NCBI GenBank assembly: GCA_964016885.1 | Contig: OZ024742.1 | Span: 348,440,001-348,504,000 of the forward strand | Source of the DNA: Eledone cirrhosa | Lineage: Eukaryota | DNA: 64,000 bases | Reading direction: 5' to 3' | Shown here: one piece after another, positions 10,491 to 20,400 of the stretch | How positions within the stretch are numbered: position 1 is the stretch's first letter | Layout: each line of letters begins with the position of its first letter | The notes under the pieces: model-generated | What the model was told of the DNA's origin: nothing | Database searches by the model: none | Seen by the model: the letters and a program-made list of their open reading frames with translations, nothing else | Made by a program: the position numbers and the translations under genes

Positions 10491-10704
10491 GGGATGGACA
10501 CACGCGTATAACTTGCTGAGTAAGTTCTGTTTAAATTTCTATAGAAATTCTTGTCTGATAACTTTAATTTTTGTACCATTTTGTAGAGGGACTGCCAGGT
10601 CAAACTTTGATCTGGTCAGTCTCTCAAAATATTCTACGCCTTTAGGCGAAATAGTTAAACAAAAAAAAAAGTTTTTTCTTGTTGAAAAGTCATTATTTTT
10701 TTAA

Positions 10705-12492
10705 ATGGCCGAAGCTTCTTCACCAAAATTCGAAGGAGGAAAGGGGAAGATGAACTTACAGCTTCCCCCTGCCACTGTCACAGTAGCAGAGGTCAAGAAG
10801 AAAGGTCAGCCAGAGGAAGAATTCTCTCCACCTGTTAACCGACAACTTGACGTTGCCATGGCAACAACCCAAAGAACCAGCAGCAACAGCAACAACAACA
10901 ACAATGCGACGGACGAAAACAACACCAATAACAATAACAACAACAACAAGACCAATAACGGTGACAACAACAACAATGATAACAACAACACCACCAACGA
11001 CAACAACAACACAAACAAACAAAATTTCTCCTTCGCCGAGACGACAAGGAAAACCCTCGACTATCTGCCAGTAGATATAACAAAAGCGAAGGAGCTACTG
11101 GCGGATGCGAAAAAATATATAGTGTACGGGGAAAATGGTTCATTCACAATCCATTCCCCCCCGGAACTAAAAAGCCAGAGACTCCTAAACACGGTCATGT
11201 TTAGGACAATCTCGAACAAAAGTAAAAAACCAGCTCAACCATCACAGAGCGAGATAGAGCTGGTTTTAAAAGACGTCATGAAGGACATCACCTTCATTCA
11301 GAAGGATAGACTCTACGGGAGTCTATCCATTCTCATGAAGGACAGGGACACAGCAGTGAAACTGTCCATCAAACCAATCACATCCACCGCATACACCTTC
11401 TACCCTACGTACATGGGTAGAAGAACACAAAAAATAAAAATCCACACCATCCTGCCGATTATGGACATATGGTGGGTTTTGACAGGTTTTCTGGACCTGG
11501 AGGATGACATGCTGGTGTCCATGGGAAAGGCATCGGGTGACGCGTTCAGTGGGACGAGCCTCGAACTTGTAGTTCAAATGAGGCCCGAAAGGATCGCCCA
11601 GATCCCTGAACGCGTCATACTGGATGATCTAACCTTCATCAACATTACCGTTGAGGGTAGACGGCCCTCGTGTTACCTCTGCGGAACCAGAGGTCACCTG
11701 AGGGCTGTCTGTCCCCAACTTAATAAGAAAACCCCAATCCTGCCTACACCACCAACAACTGCACAACCAACACAATCACCACAACTACCACTACAAAAAC
11801 AACCACCACAGCTCAAACCAAAACAAAACAATGTCCAACCCATCCCCTCCACTCAAAAAACAAAAACAATTTCCAAAACACCCGTACCGCAAACACAACC
11901 CGAAAATATACCCCTCCCCTCCAACGCGGAAGATGACCCTAGTTCGTCGTCAGACGAGGAGGAGCACTTCCACACAATCAAAAGAAAAAAAAGAAAACAC
12001 ACCTCAGACACACAAATGAAAACAACCCCTCCCCAAAACATAACACTGACACCAACACAAAAGAGCTCACAACAACAGCAAACAAAAAACACCACACAAA
12101 AACAAAAACATGCATACACATACATAAATACAAGAAACAAAAAACTGTTAAACATTGTGTACAACAACAATCTAATAAAAACACAAGGGCCTAACTTCAC
12201 CCAGGCAGGGGATTTCCCCCACCTCAAAATGATTAAGGCCCCACAGGACACCTATAAAACTTTAAAAAACAATTTTAAAGAGGACGTGGGTCCCCCCTGC
12301 GTCGGGCCCATTAACCGCGTCCTCCTAAAAAACTATCCCACCCCCTCCCCAAACACCCACACAACTCCAAGCTCCCCAACCACACAACACACTGATGCCC
12401 CCACACTTCCACAAACCACCACCCCACCCAACAACCCATCCCCCACCCTAATGGAAATTGTGCAGCCCGATACCCGGGACGCAGAGAGGTAA
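10705..12492 (+). CDS. ORF1p of Tx1 copy C, 595 aa: Asn-rich tract, folded core, CCHC zinc knuckle, Pro/Thr/Gln-rich linker, basic NLS-like patch, conserved C-terminal domain
   Basis: Uninterrupted ORF. CYLCGTRGHLRAVC fits CX2CX4HX4C; KRKKRK is present. Lies upstream of the EN-RT ORF and is homologous to copy A ORF1. Confidence 0.9.
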   Translation: MAEASSPKFEGGKGKMNLQLPPATVTVAEVKKKGQPEEEFSPPVNRQLDVAMATTQRTSSNSNNNNNATDENNTNNNNNNNKTNNGDNNNNDNNNTTNDNNNTNKQNFSFAETTRKTLDYLPVDITKAKELLADAKKYIVYGENGSFTIHSPPELKSQRLLNTVMFRTISNKSKKPAQPSQSEIELVLKDVMKDITFIQKDRLYGSLSILMKDRDTAVKLSIKPITSTAYTFYPTYMGRRTQKIKIHTILPIMDIWWVLTGFLDLEDDMLVSMGKASGDAFSGTSLELVVQMRPERIAQIPERVILDDLTFINITVEGRRPSCYLCGTRGHLRAVCPQLNKKTPILPTPPTTAQPTQSPQLPLQKQPPQLKPKQNNVQPIPSTQKTKTISKTPVPQTQPENIPLPSNAEDDPSSSSDEEEHFHTIKRKKRKHTSDTQMKTTPPQNITLTPTQKSSQQQQTKNTTQKQKHAYTYINTRNKKLLNIVYNNNLIKTQGPNFTQAGDFPHLKMIKAPQDTYKTLKNNFKEDVGPPCVGPINRVLLKNYPTPSPNTHTTPSSPTTQHTDAPTLPQTTTPPNNPSPTLMEIVQPDTRDAER

Positions 12493-12516
12493 GTGCCTTT
12501 TCTCTTCACCACCAAC

Positions 12517-15500
12517 ATGGCTATGCTAAGAGTAGGCTGTTTAAATGCGCGTGGCCTGGGCTCAACTTGGAAGCAAGCAATGCTTCTAAATGACCTCAGG
12601 TCACAACGTATAGATGTGATGGTTATTTGCGAGGCCCGGATCAGCAACGTGCGACAGCTGGCCCCCACCTTTGATGACTTTCAGATGCACGCATCTCTCT
12701 GTCAGCCCGGAGGTGGGGGTGGAGTTGTCGTTCTGCTGCAAAAACATCTGGGTCTCGCAACACAGATGATACATTTGGACCCGGAGGGTCGACTAGTGGT
12801 TCTGGACCTTGGCAGTGGTAAAGGCGGAGCGTTTAGGTTGGTAGCCGCCTACGGCCCTTTCGGGTCAATGCGGCCAGACTTCTTCCATCGTCTGGAGACT
12901 TTTCTAGGGACGTCCCACTCCTTGCTATTAGTGGGGGACTGGATTGGTATCCTAGATGCACGCTGGGACTACGTAGGGGCCTGCCCCGATAGAGAGGGGT
13001 GTAATAGCCTCAAAGGGTTAATCGGTCGATTTGACCTGGCCGATAGATATCGACTAGATTTTCCGACTGCGCCAACCTGGACTTGGGCAAATCGTAGCGG
13101 ATCATCTAGGTCGTACCTAGATAGGTTCTTAGTTAGAATTAAGGATAAGGACTTTTTAAGTTGTCCAAAAATGCGCATGGTTGGCTATTCAGACCACAAA
13201 TTAGTGACCTGCATGGTCAACCTTGACAGAACTCATAGACAGGGCCCCGGTTACTGGAAGCTCAACTTGTCCTTGCCGGCAAGTAGAGCCTACAGGAATC
13301 GGATTAGTACGTTAGTTAAGGAACGGTTGACTGGAGCGATCGTCAACAGCAGGTGGTGGGTATCTCTAAAGAGAGAGATTAGAGTAGTCTCGATAGAATT
13401 TAGTAAGGTTCTAGCTGCGGATAGGAATAGGAAGGAAAGGGAGCTAATAGATAGAGTAGAAGAGGCAATTAGAAGCGGCGACGTGGCCAGAGTGCTAGCG
13501 TCGAGAACGGCTTTGAGCCAGTTTTTCGACGCGAAGCACGAAGGCTGCGTTGTCCGAAGTAAAATACGTGCTCTAGGGAACGAGGGGACCAAAGCTGTTA
13601 GCTGGGCCCGCGTGACAGAGGCCAACAGTGGAACTAAATCCACCATCCGGTCTTTGCGAGACCTGGATGGACGGGTGATTCTTGAGCCTAAGCAGATGTG
13701 TGAGGCCTTTCAAAGGCACTTTGCCTGACTGTTCGGGAGGGGCGGGGAGCCGGTTGGGAACGTGGACTTCGGTCCATACCTCGACGGCCTGCCGCGCCTC
13801 TCGGACAGGGAGGCGAAGTCCTGCGAGGAGCCGATTTCGGCCACTGAGATAGAGGACGTGCTGAGCCAATGCGGCAAACGCAAATCCCCGGGTCTCGATG
13901 GTCTTCCTTACGAATTATATCTAGCTATGCCGGACTTGTTCCCCGATCTCCTCGAGGCGGTCTACTGCAACTGGCAACAGAACGGGAGAATTCCCTGTAC
14001 TGTGACCAAGGGCGTAGTCACGCTAGTGAGGAAGGACGAGAACAAGGGGGACGAAATAAGTAACTTCAGACCCATAACACTGCTAAATACAGAGTTACAG
14101 ATTTTGGCCAAGGTGCTAGCAAAGAGGTTGGCGCTTGTCGTGGGCAACCTGGTGGGAGATGCGCAGACATGCGCTATCCCGTCCAGGTCCATCCATGACA
14201 ACCTCCACCTCATGCGATACATCATAGAGAGGGTTGGGAATGAACCCGGCTTTGGTGGGGCTCTGATCAACTTGGATCAATCTAAGGCGTTCGATAGGGT
14301 CGACCATGGTTACCTGGATGCGGTGCTAGCGGCGGCACGCTTCGGACCCGTTTTCAGGGGCTGGATCACTGCTATGCACAGCAGCCGCATCTGCTCTAGG
14401 GTCAAGGTGAACGGCTACCTCTCAGAGCCGTTCAAAATCGCGCGGTCCATCCGACAAGGGTGCCCTCTCTCCTCCCTTCTGTATGTGTTGACTCTCGAGC
14501 CACTACTGCGGAAGTTGGAGTTGTTGCAGGGCATCCCTTTGGAACCGGGATTGCGGAAAGCGGTGTCGGCCTACGCCGATGACGTGACAGTAATGGTGTC
14601 GACGGCCTCGGAAATCGAGGCGGTCGGCACCTTACTGGAGGAGTACGAAAAGTTCACAGGGGCTAAGCTGAACCGGGACAAGTCGATCGGTTTGCAACTC
14701 GGCACGTGGAGGGGCAGACCGATGCCCTCCGATGGCGTCGTCGGACGCTGGACGGAGGGCCCGGTGAAGTTGCTCGGGGTCTGGTTCGGACCGGACCTCC
14801 AGGTGGAGAAAAACTGGGCGGAGGTTACGAACAGGGTGTTTGCACTGACCCAGAAGTGGGCCAGTTGCAAACTATCCCTGAAAGGTCGGGCGGAGGTGGC
14901 GAACACCTACATAGCGTCCGTCATCTACTACCGCCTGACCGTAGTGCCCTGCCCAAGGGAAACCCTCACCAAGATGGAGCGCGCGCTCTTCCAATTCCTT
15001 TGGAAGAGGCGGGCTCCTATGGTGAGGAGATCCATCTGCTGTCAACACCCTTCGAAAGGAGGGCTGGGGATGCCGTGGCTAATGATGCGTAAACACGCAT
15101 TAAGGCTACGGCACCTCTACGTATTCCTCACCAGACAACCGGTGTGGGCCTCGTTTGTGAGACGAACCTTTCCCAGACTCGTCTCACTCACCGAGCTGCA
15201 ATCCTGGGTCAAGCAAAGACCGAGAAAACTGGGCGCCTGGCACACTGAGTGTGCCCAGGCGCTCACCGCCCTCTGGCAGGCGGATCCGGTTATCAGTGGA
15301 GACTCCACCGCAACATTCTATAGAGGGCTGGTACGCAGCAGGTGCGACGACGCCCTCGGAGAAGCCCTAGACATGGAGGAGGACGAACTGGCCAGCCTGT
15401 TCGGTAGGACATTCAGCCCGGGACCTATGGACAACTTCCAGAAGTCCCTGGCCTGGCAGTGCTACCGAGGGGCTTTACCCGTTCGAGAAAGGCTCTACAG

Positions 15501-15951
15501 ACACGGGCGCCCGGGTAGGGACCCCGCCAAAAAGATATGTCCCAGATGCGTGTGCGACGAGGAAACCGTTGCACACGCATTGGTACACTGCTCGGGCGCA
15601 GCCGATCTGTGGGGCTATGTCGAACAACTGCTGTCAAGGGTGGGACCGATCCGGTTGACCACCGAGTCTATTGTAATGATCAAGCCGCCTCCCCCCTTCA
15701 AAGATGAAGCAGAGGCGGTGTTTCTGTGTGTAATAGCCATGGCGAAAGAGGTTGTATGGTGGACGCATCTGAAAGGACTGAGGTCAGGCACCTTTCTCTC
15801 TGGCCAACAACTGGTCCGTTTCTTCCGATATCATTTCGGAAGGATCAGGATGGAGAGAGAGGTGCTGCACCCCAGCCGTTTCTATGAAAGATGGGTGAAA
15901 GTGGCGAGAATGGCCCGTGTGAATGGGCCTTCACTCTACATCAGACTATAG
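12517..15951 (+). pseudogene. ORF2p of Tx1 copy C (APE endonuclease + RT + C-terminal zinc motif, ~1144 codons) with one premature TGA at 13726-13728
   Basis: Track ORFs 12493-13728 and 13762-15951 are in the same frame. Motifs: LNARGL, VICE, SYLDRFL, YSDHKL, KSPGLDGLPYE, FRPITLLN, LDQSKAFDRVDH, RQGCPLS, YADD, CPRCVCDEETVAHALVHC. Copy A has CGA at the TGA position. Confidence 0.93.
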
Positions 15952-16214
15952 GTGAGGAAGATGAAAGACCAAGGGAGCACCCCTTCTCTGTGCTCCTGAG
16001 GAGAAGGGTTGCACACTTTTTTCGGGGGTGTGTGCGACCCCCCCAAGGCGCCTCCTCTCTATTGAGGATTTTGTTAAACATTTTATTTTTTGTTATATCT
16101 TATTTTATTTTTATATTTTGTTATTGCCTCCTCCTTATTGAGGACGCCTTTTTGTGTAAACTCCCCCCTTTGTACTTGTCCCACTTTTGATGCCCTAGTG
16201 GCAAATAAAAGAAA

Positions 16215-16250
16215 CATATATATATATATATTTATATATCTATATATATT
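16215..16250. repeat. (TA)n-rich tract at the 3' junction of Tx1 copy C
   Basis: catatatatatatatatttatatatctatatatatt. Confidence 0.9.
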
Positions 16251-16389
16251 CATTTAGGTTTGTTGGTTCACCACTGGATAGAACTGGTCATTCCGTATGG
16301 TTAACCTCGATGTAATATTAGGGAGAGCACTCAACGTAATGTAACTCACCCGTCTTCGTTTGTGTTGTTGGTGGTGCGAGTACGGAGTT

Positions 16390-16546
16390 AATTATTATAA
16401 AATAATCGAATCTATGAGATTTTGATGTTATTATTTTGAGAACAATAACTTAACAGCAACATGAGTGACCAATTATGGCCGGTTTGAACAGAAAGAGGTG
16501 AAAGAATTCTAGCCGGATACGGCCGGTTTAAATGCTAAAGGGTTAA
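16390..16546. mobile_element. One end of a probable piggyBac-like non-autonomous DNA transposon
   Basis: Ends ...GGCCGGTTTAAATGCTAAAGGG|TTAA (reverse complement TTAA|CCCTTTAGCATT), the TTAA-CCC terminus pattern. There is an internal repeat of GGCCGGTTT. The other end was not found and the left boundary is a guess. Confidence 0.45.
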
Positions 16547-16776
16547 CATAACTAAGATAAATGGATTATGTCTGTAGTCCTAGAGTCCTGCAGCTTGATA
16601 TGAAAAACAAAACATAAAGATGTATTGATCATAGCTGGAATAACTTCTTTGATCATTGATCTTTGATCTTTGTGATGGCAGCTTATCTTTAGACCCCCCT
16701 CCCCCCAACAACAACAACGTTCTAGATTTATCAGACATTTGTCTATTTCTGTCAGAATCTTTAGCAAGACTCTGGC

Positions 16777-16963
16777 TAGAGCTGGATTAACCATTAAACA
16801 AAATAACGATATGCTGAGGGCAGCAAGGGAAATGGGGCCGCCATTTTATTGTAGTTAACTTTATTTGTCATCCCATCCCCACCCTAGTTTGTTTTTATTT
16901 ATATAAGGGAGCATGATAATCTTTTAAGTGTTTGGGGCCTCAAAAGTACTTAATCCTGCCCTC
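16777..16963. mobile_element. Probable hAT-type MITE (~187 bp)
   Basis: Imperfect terminal inverted repeats AGAGCTGGATTAA / TTAATCCTGCCCT (11/13). Candidate 8-bp TSD ACTCTGGC (16769-16776) / ACTCTGAG (16964-16971). Confidence 0.55.
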
Positions 16964-17067
16964 ACTCTGAGAAACTAAAGAAGAACCAACAATTTTCTCC
17001 CCGAGGTTTCAATGATGAACATTAAAAGACATTTGAAGAAAGTCAGACGATTCTTCTATCTCCATTT

Positions 17068-17445
17068 TGTAATTCTCAGGGAGATTCAGTGTAATATAGT
17101 CGGTGAATGGCTGGCCTTTTAATTTGTAGGTTTAATCAACCTTATAGTGTAAGTGGCTGAGTATTCCAAAGACACATGTTACCATAACATAATTCTCAGG
17201 GAGATTCAGCATGTGTTGTAAGGTTGACACATTGAAATACAAATACAGTGCATCTTGTATTATAGTGTAAATGGTTGAGTATTCCACAGACACGTTTACT
17301 CATAACATAGTTCTCAAGGAGATTCAGTATGCCACAGTGTGTAACAAGGCTGGCTGTTTGAACTACAGGTACAGTCTGGTTCTCAGGGAGATTCAGTATG
17401 GCACAGGATATAACAAGGCTGGCTGTTTGAACTACAGGTACAGTC
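17068..17445. repeat. Four diverged tandem partial copies of a SINE-like segment
   Basis: Core TTCTCAGGGAGATTCAG recurs at ~17073, 17193, 17311 and 17380. AAGGCTGGCTGTTTGAACTACAGGTACAGTCTG occurs twice; GGCTGAGTATTCCA.AGACAC occurs twice. Confidence 0.75.
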
Positions 17446-17494
17446 TGACCAACGTCCTTCTAACCAGTTTCTACCCACCTTCAATCACAAGTCA

Positions 17495-20400
17495 TGTTCT
17501 ACACAGATGTAGATGGACAGTTAAGGTGTTCTACTCAGGTGTAGTTGAAAAGTTAAGGTGTTCTATTCAGGCGTGGTTGGACAGTTAAGGTGTTCTATTC
17601 AGGTGTGGTTGAACAGTTAAGGTGTTCTACTCAGGTGTAGTTGAACAGTTAAGGTGTTCTACTCAGGTGTAGTTGAACAGTTAAGGTGTTCTACTCAGGT
17701 GTAGTTGGACGGGTAAGGTGTTCTACTCAGGTGTGGTTGGACAGTTAAGGTGTTCTATTCAGGTGTGGTTGGACAGTTAAGGTGTTCTACTCAGGTGTAG
17801 TTGGACAGTTAAGGTGTTCTACTCAGGTGTGGTTGGACAGTTAAGGTGTTGTACTCAGGTGTGGTTGAACAGTTAAGGTGTTCTACTCAGGTGTTGTTGG
17901 ACAGTTAAGGTGTTCTATTCAGGTGTGGTTGAACAGTTAAAGTGTTCTACTGATGTGTGGTTGGACAGTTAAGGTGTTCTACTCAGGTGTTGTTGGACAG
18001 TTAAGGTGTTCTATTCAGGTGTGGTTGAACAGTTAAGGTGTTCTATTCAGGTGTGGTTGATGAGTTAAGGTGTTCTACTCAGGTGTAGTTGGACAGTTAA
18101 GGTGTTCTACTCAGGTGTAGTTGGACAGTTAAGGTGTTCTACTGACGTGTGGTTGGTTAGTTAAGGTGTTGTACTCAGGTGTGGTTGAACAGTTAAGGTG
18201 TTCTACTCAGGTGTTGTTGGACAGTTAAGGTGTTCTATTCAGGTGTGGTTGGACAGTTAAGGTGTTGTACTCAGGTGTGGTTGAACAGTTAAGGTGTTCT
18301 ACTCAGGTGTTGTTGGACAGTTAAGGTGTTCTATTCAGGTGTGGTTGAACGGTTAAGGTGTTCTATTCAGGTGTGGTTGATGAGTTAAGGTGTTCTACTC
18401 AGGTGTAGTTGGACAGTTAAGGTGTTCTACTCAGGTGTAGTTGGACAGTTAAGATGTTCTACTGACGTGTGGTTGGTTAGTTAAGGTGTTCTACTCAGGT
18501 GTAGTTGGAAAATTAAGGTGTCTATTCAGGTGTAGTTGGAGAGTTAAGGTGTTCTACTCAGGTGTGGTTTAACAGTTAAGGTGTTCTTCTCAGGTGTAGT
18601 TGAACAGTTAAGGTGTTCTACTCAGGTGTGGTTGGACAGTAAAGGTGTTCTACTCAGGTGTGGTTGAACAGTTAAGGTGTTCTACTCAGCTGTAGTTGGA
18701 CAGTTAAGGTGTTCTATTCAGGTGTGGTTGAACAGTTAAGGTGTCCTACTGATGTGTGGTTGGACAGTTAAGGTGTTCTACTCAGGTGTAGTTGAACAGT
18801 TAAGGTGTTCTACTCAGGTGTAGTTGGACAGTTAAGGTGTTCTACTCAGGTGTAGTTGGACAGTTAAGGTGTTCTATTCAGGTGTGGTTGAACAGTTAAG
18901 GTGTTCTACTGATGTGTGGTTGGACAGTTAAGGTGTTCTACTCAGGTGTAGTTGAACAGTTAAGGTGTTCTACTCAGGTGTAGTTGGATAGTTAAGCTGT
19001 TCTATTCAGGTGTAGTTGAACAGTGAAGGTGTTCTACTCAGGTGTGGTTGAACAGTTAAGGTGTTCTATTCAGGTGTGGTTGAACAGTTAAGGTGTTCTA
19101 TTCAGGTGTGGTTGGACAGTTAAGGTGTTCTACTCAGGTGTGGTTGAACAGTTAAGGTGTTCTATTCAGGTGTGGTTGGACAGTTAAAGTGGTCTACTCA
19201 GGTGTGGTTGGTTAGTTAAGGTGTTCTACTCAGGTGTAGTTGAACAGTTAAGGTGTTCTACTCAGGTGTAGTTGAACAGTTAAGGTGTTCTACTCAGGTG
19301 TAGTTGGACAGTTAAGCTGTTCTATTCAGGTGTAGTTGGACAGTTAAGGTGTTCTATTCAGGTGTGGTTGAACAGTTAAGGTGTTCTACTGATGTGTGGT
19401 TGGACAGTTAAGGTGTTCTACTCAGGTGTAGTTGAACAGTTAAGGTGTTCTACTCAGGTGTGGTTGAACAGTTAAGGTGTTCTATTCAGGTGTGGTTGGA
19501 CAGTTAAGGTGGTCTACTCAGGTGTGGTTGGTTAGTTAAGGTGGTCTACTCAGGTGTAGTTGAACAGTTAAGGTGTTCTATTGAGGTGTAGTTGGACAGT
19601 TAAGGTGTTCTACTCAGGTGTGGGTGAACAGTTAAGGTGATCTATTCAGGTGTGGTTGGACAGTTAAAGTGGTCTACTCAGGTGTGGTTGGTTAGTTAAG
19701 GTGGTCTACTCAGGTGTAGATGGACAGTTAAGGTGTTCTACTCAGGTGTGGTTGGTTAGTTAAGGTGGTTTACTCAGGTGTAGATGGACAGTTAAGGTGT
19801 TCTACTCAGGTGTAGTTGAAAAGTTAAGGTGTTCTATTCAGGCGTGGTTGGACAGTTAAGGTGTTCTATTCAGGTGTGGTTGAACAGTTAAGGTGTTCTA
19901 CTCAGGTGTAGTTGAACAGTTAAGGTGTTCTACTCAGGTGTAGTTGAACAGTTAAGGTGTTCTACTCAGGTGTAGTTGGACGGGTAAGGTGTTCTACTCA
20001 GGTGTGGTTGGACAGTTAAGGTGTTCTACTCAGGTGTAGTTGGACAGTTAAGGTGTTCTACTCAGGTGTGGTTGGACAGTTAAGGTGTTGTACTCAGGTG
20101 TGGTTGATGAGTTAAGGTGTTCTACTCAGGTGTAGTTGGACAGTTAAGGTGTTCTATTCAGGTGTGGTTGAACAGTTAAAGTGTTCTACTGATGTGTGGT
20201 TGGACAGTTAAGGTGTTCTACTCAGGTGTAGATGAACAGTTAAGGTGTTCTACTCAGGTGTGGTTGGACAGTTAAGGTGTTCTATTCAGGTGTGGTTGAA
20301 CAGTTAAGGTGTTCTATTCAGGTGTGGTTGATGAGTTAAGGTGTTCTACTCAGGTGTAGTTGGACAGTTAAGGTGTTCTACTCAGGTGTAGTTGGACAGT

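Larger units (their letters stand above)
10491..16214 (+). mobile_element. Tx1/L1-clade non-LTR retrotransposon copy C, full length, near intact
   Basis: ~210-bp 5'UTR, open ORF1, ORF2 with a single in-frame stop, and 3'UTR ending AATAAAAGAAA followed by (TA)n. The 5' boundary is approximate. Confidence 0.95.

Noticed and set aside
5296-15308. Antisense ORFs shared between Tx1 copies (e.g. 7219-7572 and 14571-14906)
   Set aside because: They are short and explained by conservation of the sense ORF2 codons; there is no sign of an independent antisense gene.
12493-15951. Separate endonuclease and RT genes, or a prokaryotic RT system (retron, group II intron, DGR)
   Set aside because: The two ORFs share a frame and are split by one CGA>TGA change; the domain order and motifs are those of an L1/Tx1 ORF2.
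17271-17588. 105-aa ORF at the satellite junction
   Set aside because: It is built from SINE-like tandem fragments and the first satellite monomers, with no domain signature.
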